64,000 bases of DNA from Basidiobolus meristosporus CBS 931.73 (Eukaryota; Fungi; Basidiobolomycota): NCBI GenBank assembly GCA_002104905.1, contig MCFE01000512.1, positions 267 through 64,266 on the forward strand, read 5' to 3'. The position numbers and the translations under genes are program-made. This document shows, piece by piece, positions 13,029 through 24,585 of this stretch. Numbering within the stretch: the stretch's first letter is position 1; the number at the start of each line of letters is the position of its first letter. Below the pieces are notes generated by a model. The model made no database searches and was not told the DNA's origin. It was given only the letters and a program-made list of their open reading frames with translations.

Positions 13029-13451
13029 TCAAAAGCGGCCGCTGTATCTACTTCTACGGTAGCGTCGTTGACAACGTTTGCACGATGGCTGATCGTCGTC
13101 GTCACTCGAGTCTTGAGTATCATCCTCATCGGGAGTAATTGATTGTACATATGTCGGTGCAGATGGTTGGTACAATGTCTGATCTACTTGCTGCACTTGC
13201 TCAAATTGATTCTGGTTGGAAAGTGCCTCAGCGTTCTGTGCAGAATTAGTCTGAGCGTTGTCCAACAATGGATAGGCGTTCGGGGACTCCAGTTGATAGT
13301 ATATTGGTGTATATGACACTAATGGTTCTTTGTCGAAGTCCACTGGGACACCCTGGTCTACTTGCTGGTTGTCATATGTTGCAATGGGCGATGCATAAGA
13401 TGCACCGAATAGGAATACTAAGGCGGATAGAATGCGGAAAGTGCGTTGCAT
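13029..13451 (-). CDS. Family C small secreted protein (C1, ~140 aa)
   Basis: Likely start MQRTFRILSALVFLFGASYA (signal-like), N/Q-rich core ALSNQNQFEQVQQVDQTLYQP, acidic tract, and CKRCQRRYRR tail. Confidence 0.88.
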   Translation of the reverse strand: MQRTFRILSALVFLFGASYASPIATYDNQQVDQGVPVDFDKEPLVSYTPIYYQLESPNAYPLLDNAQTNSAQNAEALSNQNQFEQVQQVDQTLYQPSAPTYVQSITPDEDDTQDSSDDDDQPSCKRCQRRYRRSRYSGRF

Positions 13452-14204
13452 GTTGGCGCCTGATGACATACTGGAAGGCAAACAGTTGCTTTTATGTATG
13501 GTTTGCTAGATTCATCAGCGATCATCAGCAACCAAACCCAGTTTACTAAATTATGAAGCAAAGGTGAGTAAAGTTAATCAGCATTTCACTTTCATTGCAA
13601 TGATCAGTGAATAGGTGTTGATTAACACCGTAATCCCGGCGACCAATCACTTCAGTACATCAAGAAAAATAAATAAACATTCGTCTTCAATTTTGAGCTT
13701 GCTATACCACTTTGGAATGACAAACGCGGTAGTGAAGGGACAAACTAAAATGACTCATACTACGCCTTTTCAAGCTATGGCTTGAAGTGAGCACACAGGA
13801 ATCGCGTCGTTCTTGCGTAGTTCTCGATTTCATCGTCGAAGGCCACCAAGCTACTCTGATTATATAGTACCCTGCAGCTATTTTTATGAGTATGTTGGGA
13901 TTATGAACGAATTAACATCTTCACCGGCCATCAGTCGATAGTATACTGAACTAAATTTACGATTTAGCATAATGCATTGCATCGACCACCTCAAGTCCGC
14001 TTAGCAAAAATGTAACTCGCCATCACTTTGCTGGCTTCATATATCACCTCTATCCAAGCGATCTCTATTGCAGCAGATGAACCTAGAGTTGCATTGATTT
14101 GAGATCGTAGATTCATAGGGATAGTGATTGCTAAGGGTATTAATGTGTACCTATCACTATGACTATCAGCATGTGGCTTTCCAAATCTTCAATGATGTAG
14201 CTAC

Positions 14205-14510
14205 TTTTCCTTTTGGCCATCGTTGTTGCTCCAATTCCACGCTCCGAATCATGCAATCGCAACCATAAAAGAGTGCATTATCGTAGTTCGTCATGCTCCG
14301 ATCGAGCAAGTAACTGCCACCAGCAAGCCCGAGCTCTGCCAACTGTAGAGACTTCGAATGCCCAAGTACGATTGTACGTTGAAGGATGCGTTATCAGGAT
14401 ATACAAAACACTGAGCCCATGGAAGTTGCTCAGTTTGGCAATGACTGTGCTAATCAGGACTTACTGTATGCTGACTTTATGGACGACACTCAACGTACCG
14501 ACAACTGCAC
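14205..14510 (+). pseudogene. Family B-prime relic upstream of A
   Basis: VVAPIPRSESCNRNHKRVHYRSSSCSDRASNCHQQ matches the B N-terminus, is internally deleted, and lacks the ATG/signal peptide. Confidence 0.8.
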
Positions 14511-14690
14511 TTAATTCAATAAATCTCGATTATCCATATCATTTGCTCTTAAAGCCAATCTAACTTGATTGCTAATAGCTAAACCAGGTAGTTAGTTGAT
14601 GGGCAACAAAAGCAGGACATAGCATGTGAATTCCTGGCCTCAAGTGAGTCTGATACAGGGTGTAGTATAGTAGACTATGCCAAATACCAC

Positions 14691-14696
14691 TATAAA
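14691..14696 (+). promoter_or_regulatory. TATA box of family A (conserved at 24545 and 31797)
   Basis: TATAAA 41 nt upstream of the A ATG in all three intact copies. AATAAA overlaps or follows each A stop codon. Confidence 0.65.
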
Positions 14697-14731
14697 GTGA
14701 GCTTACGACTGGTTTTACGATATTCATCAAA

Positions 14732-15286
14732 ATGCAGCTTACTCTCACTTTGCTCGCTTTGTACTTTGCTTCTATCCATGCATTCCCTGCCACAGAAGAT
14801 ACCTCTTCTCAGGTGAGCTACGGTGACAATTTGTGCGGGGAGCAAGTAAGTCCTTGCTACCCAGAAACTCAATCGCCTGCAGATGACTATCAGCCGGAAC
14901 AGGACGAGGGTGATCACTATATGGATGAGAATGGGGGTGAAGATGAAGGCGAAGGTGAAGATTCAATGGATGGCACTACAACTCAGCCAGAATCATCCTA
15001 CGAGATGCCCAACTTCAATATAGCCGACCTGCAACCAAGACAGGCCTTGTTGGACAGAGTGAACGCTCACTCATCCAGTGATGCTGATGCTCTGTCGAAT
15101 TCTAATCAGTTTGACCAAGCGCAGGTTATCGACCAAACCCTCTATCAGCCTAAGCAGCAACAGCCCCAGATCATTATCACTCAGCCAGCCACCCATAGCT
15201 ATGGTGGAGGCCAGAAGAAGTACAAGAGGTCTGTACATAAGTACTTCAAGATCAGATATTTCAGTGGGAATCGATACATTGATTAA
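14732..15286 (+). CDS. Family A small secreted acidic protein with basic tail (A2, 184 aa)
   Basis: MQLTLTLLALYFASIHA signal-like start, acidic middle, ALSNSNQFDQAQVIDQTLYQP core, and KKYKRSVHKYFKIRYFSGNRY tail. Confidence 0.9.
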   Translation: MQLTLTLLALYFASIHAFPATEDTSSQVSYGDNLCGEQVSPCYPETQSPADDYQPEQDEGDHYMDENGGEDEGEGEDSMDGTTTQPESSYEMPNFNIADLQPRQALLDRVNAHSSSDADALSNSNQFDQAQVIDQTLYQPKQQQPQIIITQPATHSYGGGQKKYKRSVHKYFKIRYFSGNRYID

Positions 15287-15614
15287 ATAAACATTTCATT
15301 TGGTCACCCTATATTAAAATGAAACATCATCAGCCGTGGTTCGTGAATTACCGCACTACTGCTGAAATATCAAAAGCATATGCGAATATATTAGGGTATA
15401 TATTGGTGTATTTATCAGTGTATTTATCGTGTTGTAACCAAATAAAGTGCGCGATATCAATGCGATTGAGCCGATGATGGCAGAGCGAATGCTAATTTTC
15501 AATCTGATAAAGTTAACTAACTATTGCTACCATCAACGTTGTAACCATGTTATAATGATTCCCATGCTATATATTCCCGAGTGTACTTGGCAATGAACTC
15601 AGCAGTTCTCAAAG

Positions 15615-16193
15615 ATGCGTACATTCATTGTATCATTGATCTTGGGCCTTGCCTCTCTTCAAGCCGCCGTTGCTGCTCCAGTCCCATGCTCCGAATCATG
15701 CAACCGTGAGCATAGAAGAGTCCGTTATCGCAGGTATTCATGCTCAGACCAAGCAAGCAACTGCTACCAGCAATCCCAGGTTCAGTCCACTGTTGAAACG
15801 CCAAACGTCCAAGTGCCATTGTTGCGTCAGGTGTTCACCACCGTGACCAGAAAGCATGACAATCTGAACGCTGCCAACGCCAATAGTGACAAGAGTCTCG
15901 ATGTTCAGTTTCAAGCAGGCCCTAGTCTCGAAGTAGAAGGTTCAGCTAGCGCATCCGAGTACGCCAAACAGAAGGGTACTGAACACTCAGACAATGGCGC
16001 TGATTACCCCACTGTTATGATTCAGCCTGCACAAGATGAGACATACTCCACACCAGTAGTGGTCACCCAATGCATCGAAGGGTGCTCAGACCAAGATACA
16101 CAGTACACTGAGCCCATGGAAGATGTTCAATGTGGCGATAACTGTGCTAATCAGGACCCACAGTATACTGAGCCCATGGAAGACACTCAATGA
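15615..16193 (+). CDS. Family B secreted protein (B2, 192 aa)
   Basis: Intact paralogue of B1. TATATA about 47 nt upstream. Confidence 0.9.
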   Translation: MRTFIVSLILGLASLQAAVAAPVPCSESCNREHRRVRYRRYSCSDQASNCYQQSQVQSTVETPNVQVPLLRQVFTTVTRKHDNLNAANANSDKSLDVQFQAGPSLEVEGSASASEYAKQKGTEHSDNGADYPTVMIQPAQDETYSTPVVVTQCIEGCSDQDTQYTEPMEDVQCGDNCANQDPQYTEPMEDTQ

Positions 16194-16886
16194 ACCAACG
16201 ACTGCACTTGAGCCCAAATCCAATAAAATTTCATTATTCATGTTATTTTTCGCCTCGTATGGGATAGCAGAAATATAGCCGTTACCATCAAGAAAATAAG
16301 GGTATTTTACAAACTCAACACCATGCCAATTTCCGCACTTCCCTCTGATAACCCGAAGTCCAGCGACCAATCCAGGAAAAGGGTAAGAAACGTCTTGAAG
16401 TACTGCTTGAAGGTCATGGGTAGCTTGTTCAATAGGTTTTATGTGGGTTTAGTCAATATGGAAATCGGGTCTCCTTGAGCATATCACCATTCCAAGAAGT
16501 TCTAGCATGAGTCCGCTATTATAGAGGGTAGGATACATGATAAATAAGGAGAATTCGGTGTGTGTCAAATCCAATAGTCTGGTGCTTTTGACTTATATTC
16601 ACTGGTACCAGCAGAGTGAGAAAGTACCAAAGCCCAACTATTGCTTACTACCATTACCAGCACATAACTAATACGCACTACAGACGAATGCTTCTTATTG
16701 TAATTGAGAAAATTGGTGCTTGATCGGCTCTTTCCCTTACATTAATATCGGTTAAATACTCGCCGTTGTTCCACCCATCCCTGTGGTCATGTCTCTTTTG
16801 TGACTTTTTTTCCTGGTATTAATTGTCAGAAACTGGAGTGATGTCGGTTATATATTACATTATCTTATTTATTAAACCTATTCATA

Positions 16887-17321
16887 TCAATAGCTGTCTC
16901 TGAATCTACGCCTACGGTAGCGTTGTTGACAACGTTTACACGATGGTTGATCGTCGTCGTCACTCGAGTCCTCAGTGTCATCCTCGTTGGGTGTAATTGA
17001 TTGCACATATGTCGGCGCAGATGGTTGGTACAATGTTTGATCTACTTGCTGCACCTGGTCGTACTGATTCTGGTTGGAAAGTGCCTGAGCGTTCTGTGCA
17101 GAATTCATCTTCACATTGTCCAACAATGGATAGGTGTCTGGAGACTCTAGTTGATAGTATGTTGGTGTATATGGCACTAATGGTTCATTGTCGGCATTGC
17201 CGCCAAAGTCCACTGGGATACCCTGGTTTACTTGCTGGTTGTCATACGTTGCAATGGGCGATGCGTAAGATGCACCGAATAGGAATACTAAGGCGGATAG
17301 AATGCGTAAAGTGCGTTGCAT
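16887..17321 (-). CDS. Family C secreted protein (C2)
   Basis: Intact paralogue of C1, start placed at the MQRT methionine. Confidence 0.88.
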   Translation of the reverse strand: MQRTLRILSALVFLFGASYASPIATYDNQQVNQGIPVDFGGNADNEPLVPYTPTYYQLESPDTYPLLDNVKMNSAQNAQALSNQNQYDQVQQVDQTLYQPSAPTYVQSITPNEDDTEDSSDDDDQPSCKRCQQRYRRRRFRDSY

Positions 17322-18027
17322 GTTGGCGCTTGATGACACACTGGAAGGTAAACAGTTGCTTTTATGTATGGTTTGCTAGATTCATCAGCGATCATCAGCA
17401 ACCAAGCCCAGTTTACTAAATTATGAAGCAAAGGTGAGTAAAGTTAATCAGCATTTCACTTTCATTGCACTGATCAGTGAGTAAGAGTTGATTAACATCG
17501 TAATCCAGGCGACCAATCACTTCAGTACATGAAGAAAAACAAATAAACATTCGTCTTCAATTCTGGGCTTGCTATACCACTTTGGAATGACATACGCGGT
17601 AGTGAAGGGACAAACTAAAATGACTCATACTACGCCTTTTCAAGCTATGGCTTGAAGTGAGCACACAGGAATGGCTTCATTCTTACGTAGTTCTTGATTT
17701 CATAGTCGTAGAACGCTAGGCTACTCTGGTTTTATAACAACCTGTAACAATCTTTGTGAGTGTTATGGGATCATGACTGAATTAATATCTTCACCAGCCT
17801 TCAGTCGATAGTATACTGAGTTGAATTTACGATGTAGCATTATGCATTGTACCAATTAGCTTAGCTTAGCAAAAATGTAACTCACCATCACCTCTGTCCA
17901 AGTGATCTTCCAGTGTAGCAGACGAATCTTCGAGTTGTGTTGATCTGAAACTGAAGAGCCGTAAGAATAGTGATTGTTAAGGGTATTAATGTGTATTTAT
18001 CACAGCACTTCAACTGCTAGTTTCTAA

Positions 18028-18432
18028 TGCCCCGACCGAGCAAGTGACTGTTAACAGCAAGTCCAAGTTCTGCATACTGTTGAAACGTCGAATGTCCAAG
18101 TGCCATTATTATGTCAAGTGTTCACCACTGTTACCAAAAAACATGGCAATCTGAGTACTGCTAACGCTAATAGGGAAAAGAGTCTTAATGCCAAGCTGGC
18201 CCTAGCCTCGAAGTAGAAGGTTCAGCCAGCGCATCCGAGTACGCCAAACTGAAGAGTGCTGAGCAATCAGACGATGGCTCTAATTTCCCATTGTTGTGAC
18301 TTAGCTTGCACAAGATGAGACATACACTACACCAGTAGTAGACACCCAATGCGTTGAAGGATGCGCTGATCAAGATACTGAAAGGAATACAAGAGATCGG
18401 CTCAGATATTCTAGTGGAAATAGACACAAGGA
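18028..18432 (+). pseudogene. Chimeric B-prime/A pseudogene
   Basis: B middle region (gtgttcaccactgttaccaaaaaacatg...gaaggatgcgctgatcaagatac) is joined at ~18385 to the A 3' end (tacaagagatcggc...agatattctagtggaaatagac) and the A 3' flank. Confidence 0.8.
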
Positions 18433-18718
18433 ACATCATTTCACTTGACCACCTTATATTAAAATGAAACATCAGCATTGATTCGTAAATCACTATACTA
18501 CAGCTGGAATATCAAAAGCATATGTGCATTTATTGGTGTATTTATCAGTGTATTTATCCTCCTGTAATCATGCAAACTACGCGATGATGGTAGACAGAAT
18601 GCTAATCTGATCAAAGTTAACTAACTATTGCTACCATCAATGTTAAAACCATATTATACTGGTTCCCATGCTATATATTCCCGAGCGTACTTGGCAATGA
18701 ACTCAGCAGTTCTCAAAG

Positions 18719-19297
18719 ATGCGTACATTCATTGTATCCTTGATCTTGGGCCTTGCCTCTCTTCAAGCCGCCGTTGCTGCTCCAGTCCCATGCTCCGAAT
18801 CATGCAACCGCGAGCATAGAAGAGTCCGTTATCGCAGGTATTCATGCTCGGACCAAGCAAGCAACTGCTACCAGCAAGTCCAGGTTCAGCCCACTGTTGA
18901 AACGCCAAACGTCCAAGCGCCATTGTTGCGTCAGGTGTTCACCACCGTGACCAGAAAGCATGACAATCTGAACACTGCCAACGCCAATAGTGACAAGAGT
19001 CTCGATGTTCAGTTTCAAGCAGGCCCTAGTCTCGAAGTAGAAGGCTCAGCCAGCGCATCCGAGTACACCAAACAGAAGGGTGCTGAACACTCAGACGATG
19101 GCTCTGGTTACCCCATTGTTATGGTTCAGCCTGCGCAAGATGAGACATACTCCACACCAGTAGTGGACACCCAATGCATCGAAGGATGCTCTGACCAAGA
19201 TACACAGTACACTGAGCCCATGGAAGATGTTCAATGTGGCGATGACTGTGCTAATCAGGACTCACAGTATACTGAGCCCATGGAAGACACTCAATGA
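18719..19297 (+). CDS. Family B secreted protein (B3, 192 aa)
   Basis: Intact paralogue. Confidence 0.9.
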   Translation: MRTFIVSLILGLASLQAAVAAPVPCSESCNREHRRVRYRRYSCSDQASNCYQQVQVQPTVETPNVQAPLLRQVFTTVTRKHDNLNTANANSDKSLDVQFQAGPSLEVEGSASASEYTKQKGAEHSDDGSGYPIVMVQPAQDETYSTPVVDTQCIEGCSDQDTQYTEPMEDVQCGDDCANQDSQYTEPMEDTQ

Positions 19298-19940
19298 ACC
19301 AACGACTGCACTTGAGCCCAAATCCAATAAAGTTTCATTATTCATGTTATTTTTCGTCTCATATGTGATAGCAGAAATATAGCCATTACCAGCATGGGAA
19401 CAAGAGCATTTGACAAACTCAACACCACGCCAATTTCTTCCCTCTGATGACCCGAAGTCCAGCTACCAATTCAGGAGAAGAGTAAGAAGCTGGTTAAGCT
19501 TGGCTATGCACGTGTTTAAGTACTGCTCGTAGGTATTGGGTGGCTTATTTAATAAGCTCAACCCGGGCCTAGTCAATATGGAGATAGGGCATCCTAGAGT
19601 GTATCGCTATCTCAAGAAGTCCAACTATTACTCACTACCATGAGCGCACATATAACATGCACCACAGACGAGTGATTCTTATTATAATTGAGAAATTTAG
19701 CGCTTGATCGGCTCTTTCCCTTACTTCAATCTCTGTTGATACTCGCCATTATTTCACCCATCCCTGTGGGCACATCTCTTGTGTATCATATTTGAAAGCT
19801 TGTTTACAGAAGAATTGGGTGTACCTGATAGCCTACATGGACAGGGACACTGGAGTAATATCGATTGTATGATACATTAACCTATTTATTATGCTGGGAT
19901 CACAATAGTCATAAAATGTAGAAAGGCCAACAACCTGTTC

Positions 19941-20345
19941 TCATCGATAGCTGTCTCTGTATCTACGTCTACGGTGGCGTCGTTGACAACGTTTACACGA
20001 TGGCTGATCGTCATCATCACCAGAGTCTTGGTCTTCATCCTTGTCGGGAGTCAATGATTGCACATATGTCGACGCAGATGGTTGGTACAATGTCTGATCT
20101 ATTTGCTGCATACTGATTCTGGTTGGGAAGTGCCTGAGCATTCTGTACGGAGTTAGTTTGAATATTGTTCAACAAGGGATAAGTAATTAGGGACTCTAGC
20201 TGGTAATCTGCCAGCGCATATGATATTAATGGTTCAGTCTCATAGTCCACTTGGACACCCTGGTCTACTTATTGATTGCCATAGGTAACAATAGGCGATG
20301 CATAGGATACACCGAATAGGAATACTAAGGTAGATAAAATGCGTG
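19941..20345 (-). pseudogene. Family C-prime pseudogene
   Basis: C-like sequence split across ORFs 20035..20250 and 19941..20141, with TAA at GNQ*VD (~20270). Confidence 0.85.
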
Positions 20346-20853
20346 GATAAAATTCGGAAATTACGTCGCATATTGGCACTTAGTTACACACTGGAATACA
20401 AAAAGTTGCTTTTGTTTTTATCAACAATCATCAGCAGCCAAAGCTCAGTTGATAGCTATTCTATGTGGCCAATCATCAATAAAAACAATCCACAGCCAAT
20501 TGAACCTATGTATCATCGATCTACGTATTTCATTACCTATACCATCATCCATTTATTGCTATCCACGATTGCTCACCACTATTTCATTTTAGTAGTTTGT
20601 TCAATATTGCTCGCAAATTGTAGGGTACAAAACCAAAATGATTCACACTATTGTTTAAGGGTTCATTACCAGTATGTTCATGATGCTCATTCCACTCATC
20701 CCAGTGGTCACGTCTCCACTGTTTCTTTCGGATATCAGTTGTTATAATCTTGTTTGCAGAAGAAATGTGTGTGTTTTATAGCTTGCAGAAATAACGATTA
20801 TATGATGGGATTTATTATGAATGCCAAACTAGTGTTTACATGATCTGATTGAA

Positions 20854-21288
20854 TCAAGAGCTGCCTCTGTATCCACGTCTACGGTAGCGTCGTTGACAAC
20901 GTTTGCACGATGGCTGATCGTCGTCGTCACTCGAGTCTTGAGTGTCATCCTCGTCGGGAGTAAACGATTGCACATATGTCGGTGCAGATGGTTGGTACAA
21001 TGTCTGATCTACTTGCTGCACTTGCTCAAATTGATTCTGGTTGGAAAGTGCCTGAGCGTTCTGTGCAGAATTAGTCTGAGCGTTGTCCAACAATGGATAG
21101 GTGTCTGGAGACTCTAGTTGATAGTATGTTGGTGTGTATGACATTAATGGCTCATTGTCGGCATTGTCTTTAAAATCCACCGGGATGCCCTGGTCTACTT
21201 GCTGGTTGTCATACGTTGCAATGGGCGTTGCATAAGATGCACCGAATAGGAATACTAAGGCGGATAGAATGCGGAAAGTGCGTTGCAT
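20854..21288 (-). CDS. Family C secreted protein (C3)
   Basis: Intact paralogue ending RRGYRGSS. Confidence 0.88.
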   Translation of the reverse strand: MQRTFRILSALVFLFGASYATPIATYDNQQVDQGIPVDFKDNADNEPLMSYTPTYYQLESPDTYPLLDNAQTNSAQNAQALSNQNQFEQVQQVDQTLYQPSAPTYVQSFTPDEDDTQDSSDDDDQPSCKRCQRRYRRRGYRGSS

Positions 21289-21556
21289 GTTGGCTCTTGA
21301 TGACACACTGGAAGGCAAACAGTTGCTTTTATGTATTGTTTGCTAGATTCATCAGCGATCATCAGCAACCAAACCCCGTTTACTAAATTATGAAGCAAAG
21401 GTGAGTAAAGTTAATCAGCATTTCACTTTCATTGCAATGATCAGTGAATAGGGGTTGATTAACAACGTAATCCAGGCGACCAATCACTTCAGCACATCAA
21501 GAAAAATAAATAAACATTTCTCTTCAATTCTGGGCGTGCTATACCACTTTGATATG

Positions 21557-21944
21557 ACAGGACGAGGGTGATCAATATATGGATGAGAATGAGGGCGAAG
21601 ATGAAGGCGAAGGTGAGGACTCGATGGATGGCACTACAACTCAGCCAGAGTCATCCTACAACATGCCAAACTTCAATATAGCCGACATGCAACCAAGAGA
21701 GGCATTGTTGGACAGAGTGAACGCTCACTCATCCAGTGATGCTGATGCTCTGTCGAACTCTAATCAGTTTGACCAAGCGCAGGTTATCGACCAAACCCTC
21801 TATCAGCCTAAGCAGCAACAGCCTCAGATCATCATCACTCAACCAGCCACCCGTAGCTATGGTGGAGGCCTGAAGAAGTACAAGAGGTCTGCACATAAGT
21901 ACTTCAAGATCAGATATTTCAGTGGGAATCGATACGTTGATTAA
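21557..21944 (+). pseudogene. Family A, 5'-truncated with open 121-aa frame and no signal peptide (A4)
   Basis: A deletion joins the C promoter region (ctataccactttg) to acaggacgagggtgatc inside A. The frame is intact from MDENEGE to the stop. Confidence 0.75.
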
Positions 21945-22288
21945 ATAAATATATCATTAGGCCACCTAATATTAATATGAAACATCATCAGCCGTGCTTC
22001 GTGAATTACCACACTACTGCTGAAATATCAAAAGCATATGTGTATATATTGTTATATATATTGGTGTATTTATCAGTTTATTTATCGTACTGTAACCATA
22101 GAAACTACGCGATATCAATGCGATTGAGCCGATGATGGTAGAGCGAATGCTGCTTTTCAATCTGACAAGGTGTGAGTTCATCAAAGTTAACTAACTATGG
22201 CTACCATCAGTGTTGTAACCATGTTATACTGGTTCCCATGCTATATATTCCTGAGTGTAATTAGCAATGTGCTCAGTAGTTCTCAAAG

Positions 22289-22867
22289 ATGCGTGCATTC
22301 ATTGTATCCTTGATCTTGGGCCTTGCCTCTCTTCAAGCCACCATTGCTGCTCCAGTCCCATGCTCCGAATCATGTAATCGTGAGCATAGAAGAGTATGTT
22401 ATCGCAGGTATTCATGCTCGGACCAAGCAAGCAACTGCTACCAGCAAGTCCAGGTTCAGCCCACTGTTGAAACGCCAAACGTCCAAGTGCCATTGTTGCG
22501 TCAGGTGTTCACCACCGTGACCAGAAAGCATGACAATCTGAACACTGCCAATGCCAACAGTGACAAGAGTCTCGATGCCCAGTTTCAAGCAGGCCCTAGC
22601 CTCGAAGTAGAAGGCTCAGCCAGCGCATCCGAGTACGCCAAACAGAAGGGTGCTGAACACTCAGACGATGGCTCTGGTTACCCTATTGTTATGGTTCAGC
22701 CTGGGCAAGATGAGACATACTCCACACCAGTAGTGGACACCCAATGCATCGAAGGATGCTCTGACCAAGATACACAGTACACTGAGCCCATGGAAGATGT
22801 TCAATGTGACGATAACTGTGCTGATCAGGACTCACAGTATTCTGAGCCCATGGAAGACACTCAATGA
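22289..22867 (+). CDS. Family B secreted protein (B4, 192 aa)
   Basis: Intact paralogue, nearly identical to B6. Confidence 0.9.
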   Translation: MRAFIVSLILGLASLQATIAAPVPCSESCNREHRRVCYRRYSCSDQASNCYQQVQVQPTVETPNVQVPLLRQVFTTVTRKHDNLNTANANSDKSLDAQFQAGPSLEVEGSASASEYAKQKGAEHSDDGSGYPIVMVQPGQDETYSTPVVDTQCIEGCSDQDTQYTEPMEDVQCDDNCADQDSQYSEPMEDTQ

Positions 22868-23112
22868 CCCAACGACTGCACTTGAGCCCAAATCCAATAA
22901 AGTTCCATTATTTTTCGCCTCATATGTAATCCCTGTGGTCACGTCTCCGCTGGCTCCTCCTGATGTCAGTTGGTGTAATCTTGTTTGCAGAAGAAATGTG
23001 TGTGTTGGATAGCTTACAGTAGTAGCGATTATTTCACAGGATTAATTATGAATGCCACATACGATAGGATTTATTATGAATGCCAAACTAGTGTTTACAT
23101 GATCCGATTGAG

Positions 23113-23547
23113 TCAAAAGCGGCCTCTGTATCTACGTCTACGGTAGCGTCGTTGACAACGTTTACACGATGGCTGGTCGTCATCGTCACTCGAGTCTTGA
23201 GTGTCATCCTCGTCGGGAGTATTTGATTGCACATATGTCGGCGCAGATGGTTGGTACAATGTCTGATCGACTTGCTGCACCTGCTCGTATTGATTCTGGT
23301 TGGAAAGTGCCTGAGCGTTCTGTGCGGAATTCGTTTGAGCGTTGTCTAGCAATGGATAGGCGTCTGGGGACTCTAGCTGATAGTATGTTGGTGTATATGA
23401 CATTGAAGGTTCATTGTCGGCATTGCCACCAAAGTCCGCTGGGATACCCTGGTCTACTTGCTGGTTTTCATACGTTGTAATGGGCGATGCATAAGATACA
23501 CCGAATAGGAATACTAAGGCGGATAGAATGCGGAAAGTGCGTTGCAT
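23113..23547 (-). CDS. Family C secreted protein (C4)
   Basis: Intact paralogue ending YRGRF. Confidence 0.88.
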   Translation of the reverse strand: MQRTFRILSALVFLFGVSYASPITTYENQQVDQGIPADFGGNADNEPSMSYTPTYYQLESPDAYPLLDNAQTNSAQNAQALSNQNQYEQVQQVDQTLYQPSAPTYVQSNTPDEDDTQDSSDDDDQPSCKRCQRRYRRRRYRGRF

Positions 23548-24261
23548 GTTGGCTCCTGCTGACACACTGGAAGGCAAACAGTTACTTTTATGTATGATTT
23601 GCTAGATTCATCAGCGATCATCAGCAACCAAACCCAGTTTACTAAATTATGAAGCAGAGGGGAGTAAAGTTAATCAGCATTTCATTTTCATTGTAATGAT
23701 CGATGAGTAAAAGCTGATTAACACCGTAATCCAAGCGACCAATCACTTCAATAAATAAACACTCTTCAATTCTGCGCCGCCGCACGATTTGGGAATGACA
23801 TTAGCGGTTGTGAAGAGACAAACCAAAATGACTCATACTACGCCTTTTCAAGCTATGGCTTGAGGTGAGCTCACAGGAATGGCTTCGTTCTTACGTAGTT
23901 CTTGATTTCATAGTCATAGAATTGTAACCTGCTCGGGTTATATAGCGACCTGTAGCTATTTTAATGCGTATTATGGGATTATGAATGAATTCATATTTTA
24001 CCAGTCATCATTCGGTAGCATTCTGAGCTAGATTAACGATTTAACATCAAGCGTTGCATCAACCACCACAAGATGATACAGCGCCACTATCCAAGGGATC
24101 TCTAATGCCGCAGATGAACTTCAAGTCGAAACATGAACCTAGATTTGCGTTGATTTCAAATTGTAGATTCATAGGAATAGTGGTTGCTAAGGGTATTAAT
24201 GTGAATTTATCACTGCGACTATTCACATATGGCTTTCCAAATGCTCAATGACGTAGCTACT

Positions 24262-24395
24262 TTTTCTTTTGGCGGTCGTTGCTGCTTCAATACACTGTGC
24301 CCACGGAATATGCTCAGTGTTGTAATGATTGTGCTTAGCAGGACTCACCGACTGCAGACTTTATGGAGGACACTTAATGTACCGATAAGTGCACT
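24262..24395 (+). pseudogene. Family B-prime short relic
   Basis: Same position and flanks as the 14205-14510 relic, with a larger internal deletion. Confidence 0.65.
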
Positions 24396-24585
24396 TAATT
24401 CAATAAATCTCGATTATCCATATGAGCCCATATCTTCACAAGTACTTAGTGGAAAGTCAACCACGGCTGGACATGGCATGTGAATTCATGGCTTCAAGTG
24501 AGTCAGATATAGGATGCAGTATAATAGACTACGCCAAATACCACTATAAAGTGAGCTTACGACTAGTTTTACGCTATTCATTAAA

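Noticed and set aside
13452-13481. Longer N-termini (MPSS...) given for family C in the ORF track
   Set aside because: Most rely on non-ATG starts and vary between copies. The conserved ATG followed by a signal-like peptide is MQRT.
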